Shown piece after piece: positions 1 through 12,719 of a DNA stretch of 64,000 nt. Within the stretch, counting starts at the first letter, position 1. Each line of letters begins with the position of its first letter. This DNA is from Eledone cirrhosa. Lineage: Eukaryota. The notes under the pieces are model-generated. The model searched no databases. It was not told the DNA's origin and saw nothing but the letters and a program-made list of their open reading frames with translations. Made by a program: the position numbers and the translations under genes. The stretch lies in NCBI GenBank assembly GCA_964016885.1, contig OZ024741.1, forward strand, positions 176,452,001-176,516,000, written 5' to 3'.

Positions 1-479
1 GTCTGCCCCTCCCTAACCAGATTAGCGACGACATGCACCAAAACGTCTCTAACAGCAAGGCTAACACTTTGCATTTAGTATAGATGGGTCTAAAATTATG
101 AATATAATTCCTTTTGTTTGTATGCCTTCTCAGCAGTGCCACCGCTCCCCGAGAAAGTGATTTTTCAGCACCCTCTCAAATACCTTAATGATATGAGAGA
201 CGAATGAGATCGGATGTTAATTCACTGCAAAGGAGTTGTTTCCTGTCATATATGTTCACACACACACACACACAAACACATACACACACACATACACACA
301 CACACACGTATATAGGTATGTGTGTATACATACATATAAAAAGAGCGAAAGAGAAGGAGAATCAAAAAAGGATTTTCCTTCATTCTGAATGTTTTCTGCT
401 TAAGATGAATCGCGTATATAAAATATGTTTGTTTGATATCAGTCTTTCAGAATTTATCAAATAATGTATATATGTTTAT

Positions 480-1800
480 TTATACTCTTTACCAAATACC
501 ACCCTATGCTCTGCAATTTGGCACAATCTCTGAACTGGTGATTTATAGCTATCGATTTGTCAATAACTTCTAATATTTTGGTTTGACGTCTATATAGTAT
601 ACAATTTTCCTGGTCTTTGACATCTATCCTTTAACCCATCCCTTTATTTATGAAACATGGTGGATGTTTTAGCGTATTTAGTCAGTGGAAGTCAGTGTGC
701 ATGAACCTTTTCCGGACCAAATGTCTGGGATTTGACCCGAATGTTTGAAAACAGATTTGTAGTAGTTACACATACTCAAATGAAAGGGTTTATTACAATC
801 TTTCATAAAGTTATAGTGACTAAACTCAGGATTTTGTTATTTTGGTTATTCAATTTGCTAACATTGACATAATTATTAAATCATAGGATATCTCCTACGG
901 CTCTCTAAACTTCGTAGTTCCAATTACGCTGATATCATCTTTGTGTTTCATCCTTTTGAAGTCGATTAGGAAATTATTCACGCAGTTCTACTGGGACCAG
1001 TTGAAGAGTCGACCGGGCGTGAGTAATATCATGCAACAACATGGACATATACAACACTTAGCCAAAGCAAAGTACATACTGCTTAGTCATTGTGAGAGAT
1101 GACTGTAGTTTTAGTTGCCTGAATATATCATATGAATTCATGAAGAATACACTTGTTGCCTATTTTATGTATAGAGATTTCCAACTTGTAATCAACTTTT
1201 AAGTGTGCTAACATTGATATCTAATGCTTGAAAGTTACGCTTTGTTTATCAACCTATGATGCATAATTGCTTCAATATCAAATATCTTTATTGATTTCGT
1301 ATGAACATTGAAGTGATATCATAATGCGAACAAAATGGCAGATTTGTCATTAAATTGAATTTAGTTTTATTACCTTTTCCAATCCTACTTGGGTTGATGA
1401 TGTTGTTCATTCGTCTATTCCATAGTTGATAAAGGTATGTACCGGTAATGTAGTGGATTAAATATAGTTGAAGCACTGTCTTGCCTAGAAATTGGCTAAA
1501 CAATTAAACGTTGCACAATAACACAATGATCTGCTTATTCGTGTGGCGCATTAATATTATATTACTTAATGTTTCAATTTCAACAGATGTCCAGGGTATT
1601 TGTGGTAGATCCATTAAATTTAGACATTAAATATAATGATATCTTTATAAACGGTATTACATATAACCAATGCTCCATAAAGTTTATTAAAAATTTCCTT
1701 GTTCAATATAGTGGCTGATAGATTTTAGAGCTCTTGGATCAACAATAATAGTAAATCCCAATGCTACCCGCTGTTCTAATGGATAGTTATAGATTATAAT
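480..1800 (-). mobile_element. Highly decayed Penelope-like element (RT / GIY-YIG remnant)
   Basis: Minus-strand fragments in the expected order resemble PLE motifs: LEQRVALG (~YEQxxGVAMG, ~1760), RFIKDIII (~RYVDDIF, ~1640), ITGTYL (~KPTxTGxYL, ~1440) and RKRFMH (~GIY-YIG RxRFxEH, ~700). Many stops; boundaries approximate. Confidence 0.4.
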
Positions 1801-2456
1801 ATATAGTAAATTATATGTAATGTTGCTGTTTTCCTTTCTCTGGGAATATCTTTCTTATTGGATTCAGAGGAAATATATTCTCACAAGTGTGAATGTCAAC
1901 AAACTGGTCCATCCATCCAATCCCAGTTATGCCTTATTACAAAAGATAAGTGGTGGCAAACGAGATGGGGTGCACAAAGAGCAATATTAAATGGTGTGCA
2001 GCGTTCAAAAAAAAAACAACACCATTTCTGTTTTCCATAAAACATACATTTATGAAGGTTTCTATCGGAATACATAAGGTTTATAAAAGTGATAATTGTT
2101 GTGTATCGCTTGTCAAATTCCGATGAATCTAAACCTTATAAGATCGAAGTTTCACCCAGATTCGCAATACATTTAGCCACTGAGATTACTAGGCTATCCC
2201 TGGAGCCCATAACCTGCTCAGTTCATAGCAGAGAAAACTGAAGTAATGTGAAATTAAATGAGTGCCATAAAGAAGGGCACAATGGGCATGAAGGATACTA
2301 TATGAAAAAAAAATTAACAACGTCAGCTGAAAGTCATCAATACATGACGTTTCACATATGGCAGTAAATAACCAAAATCCATACCTAAGGAGCAGAGTGC
2401 TGTTGATGAACGAAACTATTTCAACTATACTATGTGATTTAAAGATTCCCTGTGAA

Positions 2457-2559
2457 ATAATTGTTTCTACTTTAGGCACAAGGCCAGCAATTATCCAGTG
2501 CATTACTGGTACTTTATTTTATCGACCCCGTAAGGATGAAAGGCAAAGTCAACCTCGGC
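2457..2559 (-). mobile_element. tRNA-derived SINE, 3' half
   Basis: Reverse complement of GCCGAGGTTGACTTTGCCTTTCATCCTTACGGGGTCGATAAAATAAAGTACCAG...GTAGAAACAATT, near-identical to the full copy at 54858-55050. Confidence 0.9.
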
Positions 2560-2613
2560 CCTGTGAAATAATATTGTTCAGCGGGTTGAACAAAAAATCA
2601 TCTCTCTCTCTAT

Positions 2614-2673
<60 letters not shown>

Positions 2674-2722
2674 AGCAAATTATAAACGTAAACATGTAAG
2701 TATGTTTTTGAAACGGTGCGCG

Positions 2723-2877
2723 ATAAGCTTTCACCGTATTTTAGACTAAAGACATTTCTAGCTTGATAGTGGGGTTTATATGTACGGCAACACTCATCTT
2801 TTTCCATTTCTCCGAGGGTTATAAACCCCACTATCAGGCTAGAAATTTCTTTAGTCTAAAATACGGTGAAAGCTTAT
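2723..2877. repeat. Long inverted repeat / MITE-like hairpin (58-bp arms, 39-nt loop)
   Basis: 2723-2780 is the reverse complement of 2820-2877 with 2 mismatches; it lies between two (TA)n tracts. Confidence 0.9.
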
Positions 2878-2879
2878 AA

Positions 2880-2881
<2 letters not shown>

Positions 2882-2968
<87 letters not shown>

Positions 2969-3195
2969 AGTTTATGAATCTGTGTCTGCCTAAAACTAAC
3001 AAACTACTGGACCAAACCCCACAAAATTACAGATACCTATTCACTAGGCACTTGGACAGGTAATGGTACACAATAATTTACTTTGCAAAGTAAGGAATTA
3101 TTTTAAATTCAATTTATCTTAATTTCTAATGAATATCGAAAGAAATCATACATTTTGTTCTCCATTCTGTAGGTGAGAGAGAGATGGGGGGAGGA

Positions 3196-3226
<31 letters not shown>

Positions 3227-3230
3227 ATGC

Positions 3231-3301
<71 letters not shown>

Positions 3302-5897
3302 TATTAGGCAATATTAGGACAACATGACCCTCTCCAAATATAACAATAACTCCAAAAATCCTATAGTCGGATAAATTTGTGCATTATTTTTTTCCAATGT
3401 TATTTGACTTAGGTCTGACAATAGACAATCGATGGGTAGTCCCACAAAACAAAATGTTGTGTAAACTTCTAACAGCTCATATCAATGTTGAGTATTGCAG
3501 CTCTGTCAAAGCAATACTATATGCCACACAATATATCAACAAGATTAGTGACATGGTTACCTTTGTTTCTGACAAGGAATTCAATTATGGTGGGCTGGTT
3601 GATATCCAACAATATCCGACAGGTCGATACATCTCCAGGAATCAAATCTATCTGGCAGATCTTTGAATTTGATATCCAGCAACGCCATCCAACAGTGGTC
3701 AACCTTGCAATCCATCTAGAATATGGACATAGAGTGTACGTCACTGATACCACTGCTCATCAGTTGGCATAAGGACCACCTGACACTACTCTAACTGCTT
3801 TTTAGAAACTCTGCCAGAATGATGAATTTGTTAGATCCCTCCTATATGCTGACATCACAAAATACTAAACTTGGACCAATAGTAAGACTTGGAATCGAAG
3901 GAAGCAGGGTCACTTACTGGAAGCTCATAAAGTGAAGGCAAGTGGTACTATTGGGTATGTTTACAATAATCACCCCAACAACAGAGAGAGTTTATTTTAC
4001 GATAATTTCATATTGTTAAAGGACCATCGAAATTTGAGGATCTCATGTGATTTGGAGGAGGTGTGTGCGCAACATACCAAGAAGCATGAAAAGAGCATAG
4101 TCACCTGCATGACAATGGACATTGGAAGAAGAACCCAGAAGCAGCAGCATTCACTTGAGTAACCAGTCAAGTAAGACAGCTGCTCGCTACTATACTCACA
4201 GCATATGGAATCAATAGATTTCGTCTACTCTGGCAGGAGTACAAAAACAATCTGTCGGACGACTATCTACACCGACATAATGGCAACATGTATAGTCAAT
4301 ACACCGCCAAGATTTACTATCAGGCTCTCTGCAACCTGTCCCATTGAGTTCAGGCAATGAATGGGAATCCCGACTCAGATAAACAAATTGAGGTAGCACA
4401 ATAAGTGTTTCAGGAGACAAACCAAAATATTGAAGCACTTCGTACGTTTGTGGATGAAAATGAACATCGATAGGTGGCTGATCAGAAATACGCCTACCAA
4501 ACACCAAGGAAAACATTCAAAATGACAGGGGAGGACTCTTCTTCATCGATGCTCCTGCTGACACGGGTAAGACATTCCTCATAAACCTCCTGCTTGCAAA
4601 TGTTCGCCCAAAACAACATATTTCCCTTGCCGTGGCTTCAGGTAGCATTGCAGAAACACTTCTGGATGGAGGAAGAACTGCACACTCCATTTTTAAGCGG
4701 CCCATAGACCTCAAACGGCATGGACAATCTTTTTCAACATCAAGAACTAACTCAAGTTAGTAAGCTTCTGCAAACATGCAAGATGATAACTTGGATTGGA
4801 GCCACCATGAGCCATAAACGAGCAATTAATGCTTTGGACTGGACAAGCAGGGATCTGAGAGAAAATATTTGTGACGATGGTTCTTGTTGGTGATTTCATA
4901 AAAACTCATACAAACTCAGCCTGTAATTTCCCGTGGGACCCAAGATGATCAGGTCAATGGCTGCCTGAAAACATCCTATCTCTGGCCCCACTTTGAGTAA
5001 TTGAGCCTTATAACCAATATGCAAGTGCACTTGACTGGTGATGAAGGTGTCAGTGAGTTTGGCATCCAACTACTTAAATTTGCAAATAGGCTTGTCATTT
5101 AGCTATGTAATTGACACAGATCAAGAACTGATTGCTAGAGTATTTCCAAACATTCAGATCAGACAATGGGATGCCTAATGGCTCTGGGAACGAACAATCT
5201 TAGAACTGAACAATGTTGATGTGACAGAAATCAACATAAGGCTGCTGGACATGTTACTAGGAGAGAAAAGATGCTACAAATCAGTTGACACAATCATTTG
5301 CCTAGACAAGGTTTGTAAACTATCCAATTGTATTTTCTTAAATAATCTAGCAGGAATTCCCCCATACAACCTGATATTGAAGCTTGGAGCATCAATTTAT
5401 GTTACTTCATAATCTCAATCCTCCAAAACTTTGCAATGGCAAAAGACTCATCAATAACTATATGATGCCCAATGTCCTAGAAATTGCTATCAGGTCAAGA
5501 ACATTTGCTGGTGACAATTGTATCATTCCCCGCAGCTGATTTGCTATTTGAATTTCAAAAGCTTCAATTTCCTATCAGACTCAGTTTTGCCATGATCATC
5601 AATAAATCTCAAGGGCAATCACTGAATGCCGTTGGGCTGAACCTGGCAGATCCTGTCTTTTCACATGGTCAGCTCTATTTTGGTACAACAAAGGTTGATT
5701 TTCTCTTCTTCATTGTAGCACCACAGAGTAAAACCAAGAATGTTGCTTATCCAGAGGCTTTGGAATGAGAAATATCGTAATTCTTCATGTAATGACAGAT
5801 TGCTTAGTCATATAGTTTGAAAGGAATTTTGAAGTTGCAGCTTCCCTCATAACGTTAGTTTGGAAGAATATACAGACATTCCTCGGTACGTCTGCTA
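2882..5897 (+). mobile_element. Helitron, internally deleted and pseudogenised (Rep/PIF1 helicase)
   Basis: Rep-region peptide IDNRWVVP...AHINVEYCSSVKAI..Y.NK (3379-3666) and HPTVVNLAIHLE. Helicase motifs FFIDAPADTGKTFL (~4540), ASGSIAETLLDGGRTAHS, QFPIRLSFAMIINKSQGQSL, FSHGQLY and TKNVAYPEALE. 5' TC followed by (TA)n. The 3' end has a short hairpin CAGAC..GTCTG followed by CTAT (decayed CTAG). Termini are less certain than the coding remnants. Confidence 0.9.
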
Positions 5898-7199
5898 TAT
5901 AAAGTATTTTAAGTGAAATTTTAATGGCAGCTAGCTCGACCTGTTAGAAATATCAGCCACATTTCTTTCAAATCCCAGTCTACTGACTCATGTATGTATA
6001 TATGTATGAAGTAAAAAGGAATGGTTCTATGTGACACTTCAATCTACTAGAAATATTAGCAAAATACATTTCAAATAAAAGCCAACAGTCTTACACACAC
6101 ACTCACACACATATATGTGTGTGTATGTAGTATGTATGTATGTATGTCATGGGAGCCACCATAACAAACCCATGGGTATTGAATCGTGTACCTAAAAAAG
6201 TAGAAAACAAATCTCCCCGAAACAAAATCCTACTGCCATAGAGTCAAAAGATGCTGAAAGTTACAGTGTAAACATTGAATTAACCCAGGCTTTACCGAAC
6301 TTCGAGCAAAGGAAGGTAATCTCTCCAAATACCGGTCACTCTCCGATAGGTTTGTGGTCAAGCCCGTAGCAGTGGAGACTACTGGTGTCCTTGTACCTAG
6401 GGCCACCCCACAACTCACCACCATCGGCACACAGTTGGCTACTCGCAGGTGTGAGCCTTGAAAGGCGGAATGGATTTTTCAGCGCGTCTCCCTCACCATC
6501 CTCCTGGGAAACGCCTCTATTCTGATCGCAACGTGTGGTCCCCGATTTGCTCATAATAGCGAGTGATGGGGGTGAAGGGAGAGATGGAGGCAGTGACAGT
6601 GAGAGTATGGTTCCTGGTGTATATGTATATATTTATTTACCTCATTTACACACATTTAAATAAACATTCCTAAATGAGTAAGTAAATGATTCATTCATTC
6701 ATAAACCAATGCTAAATTTATTTATGTACTTTATTTTATTTATCCATGCTTTTTAAAATAGCCTTTACATGTTGTTTGAATGTCAGCGGTTCGATTGTGC
6801 AAAAGAAAAAAAAGAAAACGGGATAAGGAAAAATCTAAACACTGACAACAAACTTAATGATTCTTCCAGGTATATATGCTGACGGTAATACGGAATAGTA
6901 TTTAAAAATTCACCGCTGGAAAATAATAATATTTTTATCTAGAAGATTTGCTTTCAACAAACGGCAATAAATATTCTGCTATAATTCCTACTTTAGTTAA
7001 AATTCAGCAATCATATTTCAATGGTCAAATATTTTGATATATGTGCCAAATATATTGTAACTTAAATAAAATCCCAGGTAATCACCGGATAGCTCAGGTA
7101 CTAAAAATACATAATGAAAAAATGTTGATAAGGGCATCAGAGCAATGTTAATCACAACACAAGTCATAAGACTTGCGGGTAAATTACTTGGATAAGATT

Positions 7200-8280
7200 A
7201 CTTAGCATTGTACAATTTTATAGTTTGCTGGTTTTAGTGATTTCATTCTAGATGTTAGAGCTAGATTAAACATTGTGTTTAACCTTATTTCTTGCTTCGT
7301 TATTATATAAAATTGAATTAACAGTAAACCAGAAAGTAGATGATATTATAGGTGAATCTGATTTATAAGTTAAAGAACGTTTTCATAACAAACCCATGGG
7401 TATTGAAGTCGAGAAAGATCCAACTTGGAATATTGTTTTTATTTAGTAAGGGAAACTACTGTTTGATTAAAAGTGATAATGCTGGTTATATCTTCCTTTG
7501 ATATCGTGCGATTGCAAGGATGCCAGAAGACAATAATTTACCAGTTGCTTATTTCGAAATGACCTAAAACGTGAGATTACTTATTGGATTGAAGATAGAC
7601 GAAATGTAATTATCTGTTCCAGAGTGTATCAAACTACGGCCATCACCATCACTTTCTATCTAGTTTGACTTACTTGTGTGTACAATCCGTTCGCAAAGTG
7701 CTTTAACCGTATGTTCAATAGACACGGCTATCCTACTGACCCCTCCTTCATCCAGTAGAACATCGAAAATGTGGCACCCCCAATACTGAACTAGTACTTT
7801 CAGTATATTGGTATATAAAAATAGACGTCTGACCAAAAACATATTATATATATATATATATATATAGGGACGAAACATAAGTCAATTGCATGAACTCATA
7901 ATCCTTTATTTACTGCTATATATATTTTGATGATAGCCATTGAATGGTTATGACCTCATCAGGCAGTTAGTCAGTTCTTAGATTTGCCAGCTCTGTGTTT
8001 ATAGTGTTGATGGTATCAGAGCCTTGGGACCTATGAGCTTGTTAGGAATAATTTAATGTTGTCAGCAGGAATAGTCTTGATTCTCATTGGTCAGTTTGTA
8101 GATGCTAGTAGGGTTGGTATTTGACTTCAAAGAGGCAGGGGTGTTGTAAAGTTCAAACCATCAAGCAAGATGACAATAGTTCCATATGACTGATTTTCAC
8201 AAATAGCATTCCTGGTCAGATATATTAAGGTTAATAGTATGAAATAGATACTACAGGTTATTCTTAACTTGAGGAATTTA
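7200..8280 (-). mobile_element. Decayed Penelope-like RT remnant
   Basis: Minus-strand fragments QSYGTIVILLD (~ADKGxxIVILD, ~8170), LFLYTNI (~SLYTNI, ~7810), SIPMG (~7395) and RFTYNII (~RYVDDI, ~7345) in colinear order. Confidence 0.45.
7912..7967 (-). ncRNA. Minimal type I hammerhead ribozyme, probably inactive (G12->A)
   Basis: Minus strand reads ACTGC CTGATGA GGTCATAACCAT TCA ATGGCTATCATC AAAA TATATATA GCAGT: 5-bp stem I, intact CUGAUGA core, 12-position stem II (2 mismatches), GAAA mutated to AAAA at a CpG, palindromic stem III. Confidence 0.7.
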
Positions 8281-8555
8281 TGTGGAGTGGTGCTACTGAC
8301 ATTTATGGTTAGAGTAGAAAATGTACAAATAAAAAGACTTATGTAGGTTGGCTTGCACGTACACTCACACCCACCTCTACAGACACACACACACATCCAC
8401 ACATACACAATGTGGGGTGGTAATACTGAAAATATTGGTTAGAGTCCAGTACTTAGATAGTTTAGAAAAATTTAGAAATAAAAGGTTTATACTAGTTGAC
8501 TTGTACATACACTCACACCTACCCCCTCAGACACTCACACAACTACACACACGAA

Positions 8556-8560
<5 letters not shown>
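8281..8560. repeat. Degenerate two-unit tandem repeat (~130-150 bp)
   Basis: TGTGGAGTGGTGCTACTGAC..GGTTAGAGT..GTTGGCTTGCACGTACACTCACACC recurs as TGTGGGGTGGTAATACTGAA..GGTTAGAGT..GTTGACTTGTACATACACTCACACC. Confidence 0.7.
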
Positions 8561-8620
<60 letters not shown>

Positions 8621-8920
8621 ACACAGTTCAAGAGTAACCAATCTTAAACAGAGAAATGGAGATAGGTGAGGAGATAGGAGAGGAGAGATTGGTGAATTAG
8701 TTAGAAGCCAAAGCGTAAAGGCATATGCTCAATGTGCAATATGCAGAGGAAAGCAGCTAGGTGGCTGGGTTCATGCAGAAGTTAAGCGCGCAGAGCTGGA
8801 AATATTCATTAGTTAAGCAAAACAAGACCACACATTTCACAAGGAAGACATTATTAAAAGATTGTCAACATATTTTAGTTTGATGTAAGGAATGTAGAGA
8901 ATAATAATAATATTAATAAT

Positions 8921-9100
8921 AATTGTTTCTACTTTTGGCAGCAATTATCCTAGTGTATTACTGGTACTTTATTTTATCGACCCCGTAAGGATGAAAGGCA
9001 AAGTTAACCTCGGCGGGAGTTGAACTTAGACCATAAAGGGCTGTAACTCTTTGCTGTAAAGCATGTCCGACCCTCTACTGATACTGCCAATGCACCGCCC
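8921..9100 (-). mobile_element. tRNA-derived SINE, full length
   Basis: A box TGGCAGTATCAG, B box-like GTTCAACTCC, shared central and tail sequence; flanked by duplicated TAATAATATTAATAATAAT. Confidence 0.9.
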
Positions 9101-9545
9101 AATCCACCCATTAATAATATTAATAATAATAATGTCCGTTTACAATTGTTTCGCTACTCCATATAATATTTCTGGGTAAAATGATTATATATCATTATTG
9201 ATCTGGTTCAGTTGAAAATAATTAACATAATTAAAGATAGAGCGGCTCATTGGAACTTCAAAGGAATATAAATTTAAATAAGGAAAGAATGTTACATAAT
9301 GTAATGTTCCATATATTGGTATTTGACTATGGTGTCCTGGGTGTGTCAATTGTCTGCCATAATCAAGCAGTATTCTTCTGTCGAGACTGCATTGTGTGAG
9401 ATCTGCCTTGGGGTAACAAGATGGACACCAATGGACATATTTACCTTAATAATTAGAGGGTGGTTTCAGGGGAAGTAACTCCTCGAGAGGTTAGAAATTG
9501 TGGGTAGTTTATAGTTAAGTAGCGAAACAATTGTAAACGGACATT

Positions 9546-9720
9546 CAGTATCAGTAGAGGGTCGCACGCCATGCTTTCCAGCATAGTTACGTCCCTTTAC
9601 GATCTGAGTTCAAATCCCGCCGAGGTTGACTTTGCCTTTCATCCTTACGGGCTCGATAAAATAAAGTACCAGTAATGCACTGGATAATTGCTGGCCTTGT
9701 GCCTAAAGTAGAAACAATTA
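9546..9720 (+). mobile_element. tRNA-derived SINE, slightly 5' truncated
   Basis: B box GAGTTCAAATCC, same body as 54858-55050, (ATT)n tail. Confidence 0.9.
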
Positions 9721-9836
9721 TTATTATTAATATTATTATTATTATTCTCTACATTCCTTACATCAAACTAAAATATGTTGACAATCTTTTAATAATGTCT
9801 TCCTTGTGAAAGTTGTGGTCTTGTTTTGCTTAACTA

Positions 9837-9996
<160 letters not shown>

Positions 9997-10933
9997 TTAA
10001 GGATACTATTTATGGTTATGTATATAGTAAAACATTTTATAGTTATATATATTTTAAACCCTAAACAGTGAAAGACAGTAATTTATTACTACCTTATTAC
10101 CAGTAAGATAAATAGCTCAATGTAATAACATCAGTTGTTCTACAGAGCAGTTATATAGAAATTACATGAATCAAAGTTCTGTTCAAACCATTTATTCGCT
10201 TACAATTGTTTCTTCCAATCCGAGGTTTGGAGTCTTCGGAGCAATTTTTCAATGATTATTTACATACATGACCTCCTTTCCAACACAAGAGACATACAGA
10301 AACATATGTATATATTGATGCACAGTGGGTTGACATCCATTATAATATTTTAGCATGGCAATTTACATTCAAAGATTAAAGTCATATTAAAAGAAAACAA
10401 ATTTAAAGTTAAAATACAACATTGGCAGTTTACGAAGATAATGCAAGAGGATAGCTATTTCCTTTCTATGAGACATACGTCCCACGGTCCGCAAATATAA
10501 TGCCAACTACTAGCTCGTATGAGTTATAGCCGTTAAAGTGACCCACGCGTGACCCGGCCGCTAGCGCAAGCGGGAATATTACAGACTTGTTGATGGCTTG
10601 GCTGCTAACAAAAATAGAAGTAAGCAAAAACGAATTTTTTTCTCTACATAGATTGGAGAATGTATAAAAATGAGGTAAATATCTCACTGAGTACTAAGTA
10701 CCCATAGAGATATATAGGGTGTCTATAATATAATTGTTGTTCTATGGTACTAATTCGAGATACCATAACTATGGAAATTGATGAGCAGAACAAACAAACA
10801 TTAAACAATCCTTTAAATAAATTAAAAAATGATTTTTGTAGATGGAAATCGCCGGTAATAGCATTATGAACAGGTAGATATTTAAATCATTTTTATATAT
10901 ATGTGTGTGTGTGTGTGTGTTTATATATATATG

Positions 10934-10966
<33 letters not shown>

Positions 10967-11027
10967 GTACACATATATATGTATATACATACATATATAT
11001 ACACATATATATATATAGGTACACATA

Positions 11028-11071
<44 letters not shown>

Positions 11072-11112
11072 ATTATAAGAAGAAATTAAAAGATGGTTAA
11101 AAAGTTCCATGT

Positions 11113-11159
<47 letters not shown>

Positions 11160-11160
11160 C

Positions 11161-11272
<112 letters not shown>

Positions 11273-11371
11273 GTTTTTTCACAAAAAAGTATTCTGACTC
11301 TTATATATTCCATGTGCCATTACCAACCTCAATTTTCTCTATAACCTTCGTTTTGCGTAGTAAATTACACT

Positions 11372-11442
<71 letters not shown>

Positions 11443-11451
11443 AAGCAAATA

Positions 11452-11842
11452 AAACCTCCAGGGGTAGAACATGATTTGGTATCTTTATGTACATTTTTTC
11501 TTCTGACTTTGATTTTGGACCTAATTGTGTATGGTTAACTATATGTCTAGTCAATTTCTAGGGGCTATACAAAATACTAGGTAAATCTTCTGTGGCTGTG
11601 GATCGCGGATAAAATAGCTCACATTTATTTATCTATTGTTTCTTCATAGATGCCTTTTAATCTTTTAGCCTTGTTTAATTGATTTTTTTATGTGGTTGAT
11701 TATGCTGATTTGGAGAGGAAATACTGTATATATTTTATCAAATGATTCTATGGACTTACTTTCTTATATATTGCTCTGATTGTTGATTATTTAATTAATT
11801 AATTCGTCATTGAGCCCACCGTGAATGGTTGCCAAAAACATA

Positions 11843-11897
<55 letters not shown>

Positions 11898-12504
11898 TCT
11901 ATCTAGTGTATGTATATGTAAACCTCTATATTTTATATACTCCCGTAAGGTTGAGTAAAACTTTAGGCAATAATCGGCTGCGCTTTCTAGCAACTACCCT
12001 TACTCGCCGTCAGGCACCAATCACAAGCTGTCTGACTTTACCACTGGCCATGTGACAATTCTTAGCCATTTTGAATTTGTTTCTGGCGAGGATCATTTAA
12101 GAAAGATCTTTGTCCAATTGAGTTTGTTTCCTGATGATTTCGAAACTCGTTGATTTATCCATGATTGGATATTTCCCAAAAGAGAATGAAACCTGCGGGG
12201 TAGAAACATGATTTTGGTATTTTATGTGCATTTTTTCTTCTAACTTTGATTCTGTACATAATTGTGTATGGTTAACTATATGTCTAGTCAATTTCTACGG
12301 GCTATTAGAAATACTTAGTAAATCTTCTGTGGCTGTGGATCCCGGATAAAATAGCTATCATTTATTTATCTATTGTTTCTTCATAGCTACACTTTAAACT
12401 TATAGTCTCGTTTAATTGATTTTTCATGTGGTTGATTATGCTGATTGGGAGAGGAAATACTATATATTTTATCAAATGATTCTATGGACTTACTTTCTTA
12501 TATA
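11452..12504. repeat. Direct repeat, two ~315-bp copies (11452-11770 and 12189-12504)
   Basis: Colinear blocks AAACCT..GGGGTAGAA(A)CATGATTT, TAATTGTGTATGGTTAACTATATGTCTAGTCAATTTCTA, GTAAATCTTCTGTGGCTGTGGATC and TTTTATCAAATGATTCTATGGACTTACTTTCTTATATA in both copies. Confidence 0.95.
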
Positions 12505-12533
12505 TACATATATATACATATTAATATATATAT

Positions 12534-12602
<69 letters not shown>

Positions 12603-12646
12603 CAATGATATTGAATAAATGGAAACTATATTTATAAAACCATGTT

Positions 12647-12710
12647 TATTTTATTATATATATTTCAAGGGTACCAAGACAACATTGGTACGCTTTCATC
12701 AGATAAAATA
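12647..12710 (-). ncRNA. Minimal type I hammerhead ribozyme (Penelope-type), core intact
   Basis: Minus strand reads TATTTTAT CTGATGA AAGCGTACCAA TGTTGTC TTGGTACCCTT GAAA TATATATA ATAAAATA: 8-bp stem I, CUGAUGA, stem II with 10/11 pairs, GAAA, palindromic stem III, AUA cleavage triplet. Confidence 0.85.
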
Positions 12711-12719
12711 CAAAGTTTG

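Noticed and set aside
2115-2160. Hammerhead-like CCGATGA-ATCT..AGAT-CGAAG
   Set aside because: Two core deviations and no stem I; at most a relic.
10455-10600. CpG-rich patch resembling a piggyBac subterminal motif
   Set aside because: No TTAA-flanked TIR pair or transposase remnant found.
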